Of a stretch of 64,000 bases of DNA, positions 1 through 10,107 are shown in pieces. The notes under the pieces are model-generated. The model saw only the letters and a list, made by a program, of their open reading frames with translations, did no database searches and was not told the origin of the DNA. Every line of letters starts with the position of its first letter. The first letter of the stretch is position 1. Made by a program: the position numbers and the translations under genes. The DNA is from an uncultured Chloroflexia bacterium (GTDB lineage Bacteria > Chloroflexota > Limnocylindria > QHBO01), in assembly GCA_963825525.1 (NCBI GenBank), contig CAWGTN010000002.1, forward strand, positions 736,001 to 800,000, in the 5' to 3' direction.

Positions 1-1037
1 TGCATCCCGAACCCGAAGCCGCCGGACTCCTCGCCGCCGATCACGGCATCGGTCTCGGTCATCTTCGGACCGACGAACTTGAATCCCACACCGGTCTCGT
101 ACGCCTGGGTGCCGTAGATCTCGGCCAGGCGCTTCGCCATGCTGGTCGTCGTGACCGTGTACACCGCCGGGCCGATCTGGCCGCGTACCTCGAGCAGGTA
201 CCAGTACAGCAGGCCGTAGACCTGGAGCTGGTTGACGAACACGCCCTCCTCGGTGGCCATCCCGACCCGGTCCGCGTCGCCGTCGAACGCGATCCCGATG
301 TCCGCGTTCCAGCGCGGAATCTCGTCGAGCCACTCGTCGACGTTGGGGCGGATCGGCTCGGGGTTGACCCCACCGAAGAAGGGGTTGCGCTCCGTGTGCA
401 TCTCGCGGACCGTGAGCTTCCCGTCTCCCAGGAGGCGGGTCATCCAGCCCGATCCCGAGCCATGAATCGCCTCGACCAGCACCCGGCGATCCGCGGCGCG
501 GATGCGCTCGAGATCCACGATGCTGGCCAGCTGCTCGCGGAATCGGGGATAGGCATCGAACGTCTCGACGAGGCCGGCCGCGACCGCATCGTCGAAGTCG
601 CGCCGGGGCGGGAGCTCGTCCTCGGGATGCGTGTCCATGGTGGCCTCGATGGCCGCCAGCATCTCCGGTGCGGCCGCCCCACCGGTATCGGCCTTGACCT
701 TGAAGCCATTGTCGGTCCACGGGTTGTGGCTGGCGGTGATCACGATGCCGGCGCCCGCACCCAGCTCGCGGGTGAAGAAGCTGCCGACCTGGGTCGGCAC
801 GGCCTCGCCGGGCATGAACGTCCGGATGTCGTGAGCCGCGAGGACCTCGACGCAGGCACGGGCGAAGTGCTCGCTGGCGAAGCGCCGATCCCAGCACACG
901 ACGACGCCTCGATCGGCGGCCCCGGTCTGCTGCAGATACTCGGCGACGCCGCGCGCGCAGCGCCGAACGTTGTGGAACGTATAGTCCTCGGCGATGGCGG
1001 CGCGCCATCCATCGGTTCCGAACTTGATCTTCGTCAC
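1..1037 (-). CDS. Phosphoglucomutase/phosphomannomutase family protein (3' end runs off the window)
   Basis: Manual translation (absent from ORF track): VTKIKFGTDGWRAAIAEDYTF..., catalytic ITASHNP, metal-binding FDGDADR. GTG start at 1037; in-frame ATG alternative at 1085. Confidence 0.92.
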   Translation of the reverse strand, partial: MTKIKFGTDGWRAAIAEDYTFHNVRRCARGVAEYLQQTGAADRGVVVCWDRRFASEHFARACVEVLAAHDIRTFMPGEAVPTQVGSFFTRELGAGAGIVITASHNPWTDNGFKVKADTGGAAAPEMLAAIEATMDTHPEDELPPRRDFDDAVAAGLVETFDAYPRFREQLASIVDLERIRAADRRVLVEAIHGSGSGWMTRLLGDGKLTVREMHTERNPFFGGVNPEPIRPNVDEWLDEIPRWNADIGIAFDGDADRVGMATEEGVFVNQLQVYGLLYWYLLEVRGQIGPAVYTVTTTSMAKRLAEIYGTQAYETGVGFKFVGPKMTETDAVIGGEESGGFGFGM

Positions 1038-1123
1038 GGAGTGGGCGACTCGGCTGCAGGCTCCAACGGCTCCCTCGACCTCCATGGTAGCGAGTCGCGT
1101 CGCGGCTGGCGCCGAACGGGAAG

Positions 1124-1774
1124 TCAGGCCATGCGTCGATCAGCCCGCGCGGCGACCTCATCGAGGGAATCCTGCAGCCTGGCCAGCAGCGGACGGAGCG
1201 GCTGGCGCGGCGCAACCATGATCGGTTCCGCCTCCTCGACACGCAGGACGCTGAACGGAAGCGGCACCAGGTGTCGGTCCCAGCGACCCGACATCCGCCA
1301 CGGGGGTCGCACGGCCACGGCCCACGGCTGAAGCGGCACACCGGCCTCGCGGGCCACGATCAGCGCCCCCGGCTTTGCCCGGCGATACGGGCCGCTCGGG
1401 CCGTCGGGGCTGACGACCGGCGACGCGCCGTCGCGTCCGAGACGCGCCAGCTCGCGCGACAGGCGAGCCCCCTCCGACCGATCACCCTCCGCCGGCAGCT
1501 CGACCGAGCCGGAGTCCAGGGCCAGCAGCATGGAGGTCATCACGACCCCGCGGAACGTCTGGGTGCTGAAGCTGACGTGGTGCTGGTGACGGCGCAGCCG
1601 CCATGCGGCGATGGCGGCCGCCAGGTTGTACTCGTGCCAGAACGCGAGCACCACCTGGTCCTGGGTGACCTCCGCGCCGCGCACCCGGCAGGTCGTCCCC
1701 ACCAGCCGCACATACCACGACAGGCAGCGCCCCACCCCGCGCGCCAGCCAGGCATGCCGGATGGGCCGGCTCAG
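1124..1774 (-). CDS. DUF374 / lysophospholipid acyltransferase-like protein
   Basis: FWH and SPDGPSGP motifs, W-D-R-H-L-V-P-L-P-F-S segment typical of DUF374. ORF track start is GTG 1735; the frame extends to a CTG at 1774 overlapping the manC stop. Confidence 0.75.
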   Translation of the reverse strand: MSRPIRHAWLARGVGRCLSWYVRLVGTTCRVRGAEVTQDQVVLAFWHEYNLAAAIAAWRLRRHQHHVSFSTQTFRGVVMTSMLLALDSGSVELPAEGDRSEGARLSRELARLGRDGASPVVSPDGPSGPYRRAKPGALIVAREAGVPLQPWAVAVRPPWRMSGRWDRHLVPLPFSVLRVEEAEPIMVAPRQPLRPLLARLQDSLDEVAARADRRMA

Positions 1775-2841
1775 AGGTAGCGCTCCCCGACGGTGCGGGC
1801 GATCTCGTCGAGCACCGGCTTGATCTCCTCGGCCCGGTCACGATGACAGACCAGCAGCGCGTCCGGCGTGTCGACGATGATGAGGTCCTCGAGGCCGACC
1901 GTGACCACCAGGCGCTCGCCGCCGTGCACGAGCACGCGGTGCGAACCGCGGTCGAGGTGACGGCCGCTGGCCACGAGGTCGGCGCCGCTCGCGCTCGATA
2001 GGGCCTCGAGCAGTGCGGACCAGGAGCCGATGTCCGACCAGCCCGCGGCCAGCGGCACCACGGCCATCCGACCCTCGGCGGCCGCTGGCTCCGCGATCCC
2101 GACATCGATGGTGATGGCGGGGATGGGCTCGAGCATCGTTCGGACCTCGGTCATCCAGCCCGGGGTGCGATGGAGCGCCTCCACGCGATCAAGCGCCGAT
2201 GCGAGCGCCGGCTGGAATCGCTCCACCGCCTGGCGGAAGGCATAGGCTCTCCACACGAAGACGCCCGAGTTCCAGTAGTAGCCGCCCGCTTCGATGAACG
2301 AACCCGCCTGCGCGGCATCCGGCTTCTCCACGAATCGCTCGACCACCGCGGTCGACGTGCTGGCGTGCATCGGCGCGCCGGCCTTGATGTAGCCATACGC
2401 GGTCGCGGCATGCGTCGGCGAGACTCCCAGCGTCACGAGGTACCCGCGCTCTGCGGTGCGTGCCGCTTCCCGCAGGGCTTCGAGGAATGCCCCTTCGTCC
2501 GCCACGAAATGATCCGCCGGCAGCACCACGGCCACCTCGTCCGACTCGCGACGCGCGAGGATCATGGCCAGGCCGGCCGCCACTGCCGTCGAGCGCGCAA
2601 GTGGCTCGCCGAGCACGTTGTCCTCGGGCAGCTGCGGAAGCTGACGCTGGGTGACGCGAACGTGCGCCTGGCTGGTGATCACGTAGATGTCGTGCGGCTT
2701 CAGCAGCCCGCCAAGCCGCGCGACGGTCTGCTGAAGGAGGCTCGTGTCGCCGACGAGCGGCAGCAGCTGCTTCGGCGTCTCACGCCGCGAGAGCGGCCAG
2801 AGACGGGTGCCGGACCCGCCGGCCATGACGATCGCGAACAT
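1771..2841 (-). CDS. manC: Mannose-1-phosphate guanylyltransferase
   Basis: MAGGSGTRLWPLSR...PKQLL, PADH, FVEKPD, WNSGVF and WSDIGSW motifs. Confidence 0.93.
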   Translation of the reverse strand: MFAIVMAGGSGTRLWPLSRRETPKQLLPLVGDTSLLQQTVARLGGLLKPHDIYVITSQAHVRVTQRQLPQLPEDNVLGEPLARSTAVAAGLAMILARRESDEVAVVLPADHFVADEGAFLEALREAARTAERGYLVTLGVSPTHAATAYGYIKAGAPMHASTSTAVVERFVEKPDAAQAGSFIEAGGYYWNSGVFVWRAYAFRQAVERFQPALASALDRVEALHRTPGWMTEVRTMLEPIPAITIDVGIAEPAAAEGRMAVVPLAAGWSDIGSWSALLEALSSASGADLVASGRHLDRGSHRVLVHGGERLVVTVGLEDLIIVDTPDALLVCHRDRAEEIKPVLDEIARTVGERYL

Positions 2842-2863
2842 CGGCTGAGGCTAGCAGACGGCC

Positions 2864-3730
2864 TCAGTCGGGGGTGTCCGTGGGCGTCTCGCGCTCCACG
2901 TCCGCCTCGAGTCGATCGCCGAGCTCAAGCGTGCGCCGGTACGCGGCCCATACGGCATCGCTGAAGACCGTCCTGATCCGGCCCTTCTCGAGCTCGTAGA
3001 TCGCCGCCGCGCTCGTCCCGCCGGGCGACGTCACGGCATTCCGCAGCTGGGCGGGATGCAGCTCAGACTGCTGGGCGTACTCGGCCGAACCCACCAGGGT
3101 CCCGACCACGAGATCGTGCGCCAGCTCCCGCGGAAATCCGAGATGCACGCCCGCGTCGATGAGCGCCTCCATGACGGCGAACAGGTACGTCGGCCCCGTT
3201 CCCGAGAGCGCCGTGGCCATCGCCACGAATGACTCGTCCGCCACTTCGCGCTCGTCACCCAGGGATCGCAGTGCGGCACGAGCGAGGTCGCGCTGCCGCG
3301 GCGTGCATGCCGGCGACGGGCTCCAGACCGTGATCCCCCGCCGGATCTGCGACGGCGTGTTCGGCATGGCGCGCACCACCGCGGTGTGCTGCAGCCCATC
3401 GACCAGCGAGCGAATCGTCGCGCCCGCCACGATCGAGAGGACGACCTGCTCCGGCCCGATCGCACCACGCAGCTCGCGCATCACGCGGCCGAGCATCTGC
3501 GGCTTCACGGCCAGGACCACCAGCTCGGCATCGGTCAGCGCGTCGCGGTTCGTCTCGACGGGCCGGATGCCGTGGCGCTCGGCAAGAATGTCGCGCCGCT
3601 CCTGGCGCGGGTGCGATGCGACCAGCAGCTCGGGTCCGAGCGCACGATTGGCCAACAGGCCGGCGATCATCGCCTCGGCCATCACGCCCGCACCGACGAT
3701 GCCCACCCGCATGGGTCCGCGCTCCGTCAT
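2864..3730 (-). CDS. proC: Pyrroline-5-carboxylate reductase
   Basis: GIVGAGVMA Rossmann motif, LAVKPQ, VRAMPNTP, ALSGTGP, VTSPGGTS. ATG 3730 overlaps the upstream gene's stop (ATGA). Confidence 0.95.
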   Translation of the reverse strand: MTERGPMRVGIVGAGVMAEAMIAGLLANRALGPELLVASHPRQERRDILAERHGIRPVETNRDALTDAELVVLAVKPQMLGRVMRELRGAIGPEQVVLSIVAGATIRSLVDGLQHTAVVRAMPNTPSQIRRGITVWSPSPACTPRQRDLARAALRSLGDEREVADESFVAMATALSGTGPTYLFAVMEALIDAGVHLGFPRELAHDLVVGTLVGSAEYAQQSELHPAQLRNAVTSPGGTSAAAIYELEKGRIRTVFSDAVWAAYRRTLELGDRLEADVERETPTDTPD

Positions 3731-4371
3731 CCGATCTCCTCCGTCCGCTCGCCGACCGCGACCTCGGTTCCGATCAACTCCCGCGCCGACTCGATCTCGG
3801 TGGCCGGCGCCCCGGCGCGATCGAGGAGCGTCACCGCCGCGGCCCCCATGCGCCGCGCCGTCGTCACCTCCCCGCGCTCGAGCAGCGCACGACCCAGACC
3901 CAGCGAGGCGAGTCCCTGTTCCAGCTCGGCACCGATGTCCCTGGCCTCGCCGATCGCCTCGGCATAGTAGCGGCGGGCGCTGTCCGGATCTCCCGCGGCC
4001 GCCCGAACGTCGCCGATCAGGCGCGCGGCCCGCACCGCCTCCAGGGTCATCTCCGCCTGCTCGTAGTGCCAGAGCGCCCGATGGCCCCATAGATCGGCGG
4101 GCCACCACGCCTGCTCCAGGACGGCCCGTTCCATGGCCGATGTCGCCGCCGTCGCGGCGGCGGCGTGGTCACGCGACCGATCGGCCGCGAGATACGCGGC
4201 GGCGCGTTCGTCTCGTCGGAGCGCGGGCGGCAGGTCACGAAGGCCGCCGACCGGCGCCAGCGGCTCGAGGTGGAGCAGCGATCCGGCGCGAGCCATCATT
4301 CGCCTGAGCGGACCCGGTGCCGGCTCGCCCCAATGGCGATCAGGACGCCGATGCTGGTGTCCGGTGCCCAT
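3727..4371 (-). CDS. Hypothetical TPR-like helical repeat protein
   Basis: ORF fills the metK-proC gap; C-terminal TPR-like repeats (ARLIGDVRAAAGDPDSARRYYAEA, ASLGLGRALLERGEVTTARR). Start ATG 4371 is inferred. Confidence 0.65.
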   Translation of the reverse strand: MGTGHQHRRPDRHWGEPAPGPLRRMMARAGSLLHLEPLAPVGGLRDLPPALRRDERAAAYLAADRSRDHAAAATAATSAMERAVLEQAWWPADLWGHRALWHYEQAEMTLEAVRAARLIGDVRAAAGDPDSARRYYAEAIGEARDIGAELEQGLASLGLGRALLERGEVTTARRMGAAAVTLLDRAGAPATEIESARELIGTEVAVGERTEEIG

Positions 4372-4379
4372 GTGCAGAA

Positions 4380-5573
4380 TCAGCTGCTGCCGCTCGCGCG
4401 GAGCTCGTCGATTCGGTCGGTGCGCTCCCAGGGCAGATCCAGGTCGTCTCGCCCGAAGTGGCCGTAGGCAGCGGTCTGGCGATAGATCGGCCGCCGCAGG
4501 TCGAGGTCGCGGATGATGGCGCCCGGCCGCAGGTCGAACGTGCGATCGACGATCCCAACCAGCCGTTCGTCGGGCATGGTCCCCGTCCCGAACGTCTCGA
4601 CGTTGATCGCAAGCGGGCGGGCCACGCCAATCGCGTAGGCGAGCTGGACCTCGCACCGTCGCGCGAGGCCGGCGGCGACGACGTTCTTGGCCACGTAGCG
4701 CGCCATGTAGGCACCCGAGCGGTCCACCTTCGTCGGATCCTTGCCACTGAAGCTGCCGCCGCCATGGCGCGCCATGCCGCCGTAGGTGTCGACGATGATC
4801 TTCCGGCCCGAGAGCCCCGAGTCGCCCATTGGACCGCCGATCACGAAGCGCCCGGTGGGGTTGACCAGGTGTCGGGTCCGATCGTCGAGCAGGGCGCTGG
4901 GAATCGCCGCCTCGACCACGTGGGTGCGGATCGCCGAGGCGAGCTCGTCCAGGTCGACATCGGGGTCGTGCTGCGTGCTCACCAGCACCGTGTGCACCCG
5001 GCGCGGCCGACCGTCGAGGTCGTATTCGACGGTCACCTGGCTCTTGCCGTCGGGCCGCAGGTACGGCAGCGTGCCATCCTTCCGGACCTGCGCCAGCCGA
5101 CGAGCGACGCGGTGTGCCAGCATGACGGGCATCGGCATCAGCTCCTCGGACTCGTCGGATGCGTAGCCGAACATCATCCCCTGGTCGCCTGCTCCGAGCT
5201 CGTCCGGATCGCGACCTTCCCGCGCCTCGAGCGCATGGTCCACGCCGAGGGCGATGTCCGGCGACTGCTCCTTGATGGCCGTCATGGTCCCGCAGGTTTC
5301 CCAGTCGAAGCCGAGACGGCTGTCGTTGTAGCCGATCTCGCGCACGGTCCGCCGCACCACCTCCTGCACATCGACGTAATGCGTCGTGGTCAGCTCACCG
5401 ATGACGATCACCAATCCCGTGGTGGTCGCCACCTCGACCGCGGCACGCGCGGCCGGATCGTGGGCGAGCACATCGTCGAGGATGGCGTCGGCCACGGCGT
5501 CGCAGAGCTTGTCCGGGTGTCCCTCGGTCACTGACTCCGAGGTGAAGAGATAGGACGGCTTGTCGTCTGGCAT
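4380..5573 (-). CDS. metK: S-adenosylmethionine synthetase
   Basis: [19 protein letters not shown] and [16 protein letters not shown] motifs; GGAG Shine-Dalgarno before ATG 5573. Confidence 0.97.
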   Translation of the reverse strand: MPDDKPSYLFTSESVTEGHPDKLCDAVADAILDDVLAHDPAARAAVEVATTTGLVIVIGELTTTHYVDVQEVVRRTVREIGYNDSRLGFDWETCGTMTAIKEQSPDIALGVDHALEAREGRDPDELGAGDQGMMFGYASDESEELMPMPVMLAHRVARRLAQVRKDGTLPYLRPDGKSQVTVEYDLDGRPRRVHTVLVSTQHDPDVDLDELASAIRTHVVEAAIPSALLDDRTRHLVNPTGRFVIGGPMGDSGLSGRKIIVDTYGGMARHGGGSFSGKDPTKVDRSGAYMARYVAKNVVAAGLARRCEVQLAYAIGVARPLAINVETFGTGTMPDERLVGIVDRTFDLRPGAIIRDLDLRRPIYRQTAAYGHFGRDDLDLPWERTDRIDELRASGSS

Positions 5574-5677
5574 GCGGTCTCCGATGGTCGTCATGGGGCC
5601 CGGGGAGTGTAGCGTGGCACGTCGCATGATCGCCGGCCGAGGCCGGACTGGCGGTCCCCACACTATGCTCTGGGTCC

Positions 5678-6922
5678 ATGCCAACACTGATCACGCGCCA
5701 CCCCGACCTCCTCGACTATCGCGCCGAGTTTCCCCTGCTCGCCCGCTCCACGTACCTCAACACCTGCTCGCTCGGAGCTCGCTCCGAGCGCTCTAGGCAC
5801 CGCCTGGACCGGTTCCTCGACGAGTGGGACAGCCTGGGTGCCCGGGCCTGGTATCGGCTCTGGCTCGGCGAGCTCGACGCGTTGCGCGCCGATTTCGGGA
5901 CGCTGGTGGGCGTCCCCGGTCGCGAGATCTCGCTGGCACCGAGCGTCAGCGCCGCCCTTGCCGTGGTCGCATCGGCGCTCGACCCCGTCCACCGCGGGGA
6001 TCCGGCCGCACTCGGCCGGCTGCGGGAGGCGGGGGTCCCGGTCGGGGGCCGCGGACGCACGCGAATCGTGACCACGGCGCTCGACTTTCCGACCATCGGA
6101 CACCAATGGCTGGCCCGAGAACCGCTCGGCGTCGAGGTGGTCGTGGTGCCGACCCACGACGGACTCACCGTGCGCATGGAGGACATCGCCGCCGCGGTCG
6201 ACGAGCGCACCGCCCTGCTGGCCATCGGCCACGTCTTCTTCACCTCGGGCGCCGTGAACGACCTGGGGGCACTGGCGCGCATGTGTCGCGAGCGCGGCGC
6301 GCTGCTCCTGGTCGACGCCTACCAGGCCACCGGCATCGTCCCCACCGACCTCCTGGCGGACGATGTCGATATCTACGTATCCGGCACCCTGAAGTGGCTG
6401 CACGGGGGGCCGGGCACGGCGTTCCTCCGCGTGCGTCCCGGCCTGTGGGACGCGCTCGTGCCGACCACGACCGGATGGTTCAGCAGCGCCCGCCAGTTCG
6501 ACTTCGATGTCTCGCACCTTGACCTTGCCGACGACGGCCGGCGCTACGAGCTCGGCACGCCATCGGTGCCTTCGGCCGTGATCGCGCGCGGCGGCACCGA
6601 GCTCGTGCTCGAGATCGGCGTGGGGCGCCTGGCCGAGCGGACCGGTGACCTCGGCGATCTGCTCATCGGCGTGGCCGATGCGGCCGGGCTGGAGGTTCGG
6701 GCCGTCAGGGATCAACGGCGGCGCGGGGGCATCGTGGCGGTCGCGGCTCCGGATCCATCCGCCGTCGTCCGAGCGCTGGCTGATGACGACGGCATCATCG
6801 TCGACTTCCGGCCCGGGATCGTCCGCTGCTCCCCTGCCTTCTACAACACCGAGGAGGAAGTGGGTCGCCTGGTCGATCGCCTGGCGGCGGGCATCGGTGC
6901 CGCGGAGCCGTCGGTCAGCTGA
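5678..6922 (+). CDS. Aminotransferase class V-fold PLP enzyme (kynureninase/cysteine desulfurase-like)
   Basis: [27 protein letters not shown] (PLP lysine), [19 protein letters not shown]. Confidence 0.85.
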   Translation: MPTLITRHPDLLDYRAEFPLLARSTYLNTCSLGARSERSRHRLDRFLDEWDSLGARAWYRLWLGELDALRADFGTLVGVPGREISLAPSVSAALAVVASALDPVHRGDPAALGRLREAGVPVGGRGRTRIVTTALDFPTIGHQWLAREPLGVEVVVVPTHDGLTVRMEDIAAAVDERTALLAIGHVFFTSGAVNDLGALARMCRERGALLLVDAYQATGIVPTDLLADDVDIYVSGTLKWLHGGPGTAFLRVRPGLWDALVPTTTGWFSSARQFDFDVSHLDLADDGRRYELGTPSVPSAVIARGGTELVLEIGVGRLAERTGDLGDLLIGVADAAGLEVRAVRDQRRRGGIVAVAAPDPSAVVRALADDDGIIVDFRPGIVRCSPAFYNTEEEVGRLVDRLAAGIGAAEPSVS

Positions 6923-9908
6923 GGCCGAACAGGCCGAGCCGATGTGCCAACGCGGCCGCCTGACTGCGACGGGTGACGCCGAGCTTGCCGAGGATGTTGC
7001 TGACGTGGACTCCCGCCGTGCTCTCGGCGACGAACAGGACCTCCGCGATCCGGCGGTTGCTGCAGCCGTCGGCCACCAGCGCAAGGACCTCACGCTCGCG
7101 CGGCGTGAGGCCCAATCTGGCGACGGCATCGTCCGCCGTGTCGACGCCTTCGAGTCCGATACGCGCGCGACGGGCGAGCGCCTCGACCGAATCACGGAGC
7201 GGCACCGCACCCAGCTCGATGGCGATGGCGTGCGCCTCGGACAGGGCCGCAGCTCCGTCCTCGCGACGTCGAGCACGCAGGGCGTCCGAGGCGAGTCCGA
7301 CCAGCGCTCGGCCGAGATCGAACGGTCGGCCCAGGGGTCGAGCTGCGGACACAACCGCCTCCCACGAAGCCACCACCGTCTCGCCGTGGCCACGTGCCAC
7401 GAGCGCGTCACCCAGGACAAGGTCCGCGGCAATCGGGGGCACCGGGTTGGATGCCACTTCTCGCACGCGGGCAACGTGCGCGCGGAGCCGTCCGTGCAGC
7501 TCGGTGGCGCGCGCAGCGGCCGCGGCCTCACGACGACGATCACCGATCTCGCGTGCCGCATCGGCCTCGTCGGCCTCAGCTCGCAGCCCCGTGACCATCA
7601 GGCGCCGGGAGTCGGTGTCGAGATCCGGCTCCTCGAGCTGGTCCAGGGTGTCCGCGACGAGGCGTCGGGCGACGCGCGGCTGGCCGGTCATGATCGCGAA
7701 CTCGGCTCGGCGGGCTGCGATGAGGTCCGGATCAGGGCCGACGACGCGCTCACCAAGTCCCGCATACGTCTGCAGGTCGGCCTCGATCGCCGCTCGCCTT
7801 CCGCGCCCGACATTGAGAAGGATCCGATTCGAGAGCAGCCAGCGCATCGCGTAGCGGTTGGGATCTCCGGCGATCTCGTCATCGAGGACGCGGCCCGCCT
7901 CCTCCCAGCGTCCAAGCTCGTAGAGGGCACGCCCCAACTTCGAGCCGATCTGGCCACCGAAGCGCGCATCCGCCCCGAGCGCGCGCACGCGCTCGCGAGC
8001 CGCGGTCGCCACCTCGACGGCCTCGGCGTGGAGCGCCGCTTCGTCGAGGGACCATCCGAGACCCACGGCGGTGAGAAAGATGGCCTGGGGATCGCCCGCG
8101 TCCAGCGCGAGGCGATATGCGTCGCGCAGCATCGGGATGCCACGCTCGAGGTCCGACCGGCAGGCGAGATCAAGTCCCAGCGCGGTGAGCGCGCGCGTCT
8201 CGGCCTGGCGGGAGCCCACGCTGCGGGAGATGGCGAGCGCCGCCTCCGCCAGGCCCATGGATTCGGTGAACCGCCCGCGGATCATGAGGGAGTGGGCGAG
8301 GTCGGCGATGACCCCGGCCCGCTCGTGCGTCGGGGGTTCGAGCGGGATGAGCTCGACTGCGCGTTCCATCGCCTGGACGCCCGATTGCCAATCCCCCGCC
8401 TCGTTGAGGTACCACGCCAGCCTGTGGTGCAGCACGCCGGCGCGCATCGGTTCCGCGACCGCATTCGTCTCCGCAAGGGCCGAGCGCACGAGGTCGATCG
8501 ATCGCCGCGTGTCCCCCGACTGCGCCGCCGCCTCGGCTGCCTCTTCCAGGATCACGGTGCGATCCAGGCCGGCTGGCAGCCGGTCCGGTGCCACCCTCGC
8601 CCATAACTCGAGCGCTCGTTCGAGCAGGGCCTGGGCTTCGTGATGGGCGAATGTCTGGACCGCAGCTCGCGCGGCGGCAATCGAGGCCGCCAAGGCGTGC
8701 TCGACGTCGTGCGCCAGCAACCAGTGATGCGCGAGCAGAGCCGCGACGCCGGCACGCTCCTGGGGATTGCGATCCGCATGACCGTCCAGGGCCATCGCGT
8801 ACGCCGCGTGAATCCGGGTCCGCTCATTCGGCAGCAGGTCCTCGTACACGACCTCCTGCACCAGGGCATGCCGGAATCGATAGCCGGGTGTCTCTTCCGG
8901 GTCGGTGGGAACCAGCAGGTGATGCTCGACCGACGTGCGGATGGCGTCCGTCAGCCTGGCGTCGGAGAGGTCGGCAACCTCTGCGAGGAGTGCGTGGTCC
9001 ACCCGCGGACCGGCGACCGACGCAAGTCGCAGGATGTGCTGCGCCTGATCCGGGAGCTGGCGGATCCGGTCGTCGAGCGTGTCCCGGAGGCTGCGTGGCA
9101 TGGCAAGCCCGCCCTTTCCGGCCGCCATGAGCTCCTCGACGAAGAGCGGATTCCCTCCCGATCGGGCGAGGACCGTCGTGACAAGGTCGGCCGATGGAGC
9201 GGTGTCGGTGATCCCGGTCAGGAGCAACTCGAGCTCGCCGTGGTCGAGTGCCGCCAGCTCCACGGTATCGACCCCTTCCTGACGAGTGAGCTCCGCGATC
9301 AGGGGACGTAGGGGATGGCGGCGATGAAGCTCGTCGGAGCGATACGTCCCGATGATGAGCAGCCGCGCGTCGCGGCCGCTGCGCACCAGGAATCGGAGCA
9401 GGTCGCGGGTCGACGGGTCAGACCAGTGAAGGTCCTCGAGCACCAGCACCACCGGCGCATCCTCCGACAGCCGACGCAGGAGGCCGAGCACCACCTCGAA
9501 GAGCCGGGCCTGATCGGCCGCCTGGCTCGTTGGCCCGGCGGACCGTGACGGTATCGGGTCGTACCCAAGGTCGGGAAGGAGGTGCGACAGGTCCGCACGC
9601 CCCGCGCCGATGAGCTCGTCGAGGCGCTCGCGCGGCAGCGAACGGAGGAGGGGTCGAAGGGCACCGACGAACGGAGCGTACGGCAGCCCGGTATCGCCCA
9701 GCTGCAGACAGTCGCCGGACAGGACGTGGGCACCGGCGGAGCGTGCCTGCTCCGTGAACTCGGCCATGAGCCGCGACTTGCCGATCCCGGCATCGCCGGC
9801 CACGAGGCACACCGTCGGCATGCGTCGGGACGCGACCGCCAGGGCGGCGTGCAGGCCCTGAAGCTGGGCGCGTCTCCCAACGAAGGTCGGACTGCTCACG
9901 CGGGCCAT
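6915..9908 (-). CDS. Large ATP-binding LuxR-family (LAL/MalT-like) transcriptional regulator: AAA + TPR + HTH
   Basis: FVGR...GDAGIGKS Walker A, LEDLHWSD, GGNPLFVEEL, C-terminal LTPREREVL...HVSNILGKLGV HTH. Start 9908 is favoured by TATGAT 7 nt upstream (ORF track gives 9926). Confidence 0.92.
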   Translation of the reverse strand: MARVSSPTFVGRRAQLQGLHAALAVASRRMPTVCLVAGDAGIGKSRLMAEFTEQARSAGAHVLSGDCLQLGDTGLPYAPFVGALRPLLRSLPRERLDELIGAGRADLSHLLPDLGYDPIPSRSAGPTSQAADQARLFEVVLGLLRRLSEDAPVVLVLEDLHWSDPSTRDLLRFLVRSGRDARLLIIGTYRSDELHRRHPLRPLIAELTRQEGVDTVELAALDHGELELLLTGITDTAPSADLVTTVLARSGGNPLFVEELMAAGKGGLAMPRSLRDTLDDRIRQLPDQAQHILRLASVAGPRVDHALLAEVADLSDARLTDAIRTSVEHHLLVPTDPEETPGYRFRHALVQEVVYEDLLPNERTRIHAAYAMALDGHADRNPQERAGVAALLAHHWLLAHDVEHALAASIAAARAAVQTFAHHEAQALLERALELWARVAPDRLPAGLDRTVILEEAAEAAAQSGDTRRSIDLVRSALAETNAVAEPMRAGVLHHRLAWYLNEAGDWQSGVQAMERAVELIPLEPPTHERAGVIADLAHSLMIRGRFTESMGLAEAALAISRSVGSRQAETRALTALGLDLACRSDLERGIPMLRDAYRLALDAGDPQAIFLTAVGLGWSLDEAALHAEAVEVATAARERVRALGADARFGGQIGSKLGRALYELGRWEEAGRVLDDEIAGDPNRYAMRWLLSNRILLNVGRGRRAAIEADLQTYAGLGERVVGPDPDLIAARRAEFAIMTGQPRVARRLVADTLDQLEEPDLDTDSRRLMVTGLRAEADEADAAREIGDRRREAAAAARATELHGRLRAHVARVREVASNPVPPIAADLVLGDALVARGHGETVVASWEAVVSAARPLGRPFDLGRALVGLASDALRARRREDGAAALSEAHAIAIELGAVPLRDSVEALARRARIGLEGVDTADDAVARLGLTPREREVLALVADGCSNRRIAEVLFVAESTAGVHVSNILGKLGVTRRSQAAALAHRLGLFGLS

Positions 9909-10062
9909 GTCGGCGATCATACCCATGAGGGGCCCTTGCGTTGATATCGCCGCGGGCCGGCAGGGTGCGGCGGATGCGGCGACCGGCTCCCCCCGGGCGT
10001 CCCCCGCGCCACGGTCGCCGTACCCCTCCCCCCGGCCGAACCCAACGAAGCGCAGGCTACCC

Positions 10063-10096
10063 TAAAGGTTTGCGCCGCGCATCTGGAAAACCTTTA
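10063..10096. promoter_or_regulatory. AT-rich inverted repeat TAAAGGTTT-N16-AAACCTTTA (candidate operator or ahcY terminator stem)
   Basis: Perfect 9-bp arms between the ahcY stop and the LuxR-type gene; adjacent to a minus-strand TAGCCT -10-like hexamer (10054-10059). Confidence 0.4.
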
Positions 10097-10107
10097 TTTC
10101 CCGGTCT

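Noticed and set aside
5574-5677. SAM riboswitch upstream of metK
   Set aside because: The 104-bp gap holds two divergent -10 boxes and no SAM-I/II/IV core motif that I can recognise.
6915-9908. Large NTPase-TPR protein as an Avs/NLR-like defence STAND
   Set aside because: It has a C-terminal LuxR HTH and no nuclease, TIR or SIR2 effector, so it is an ordinary LAL-type transcription factor.
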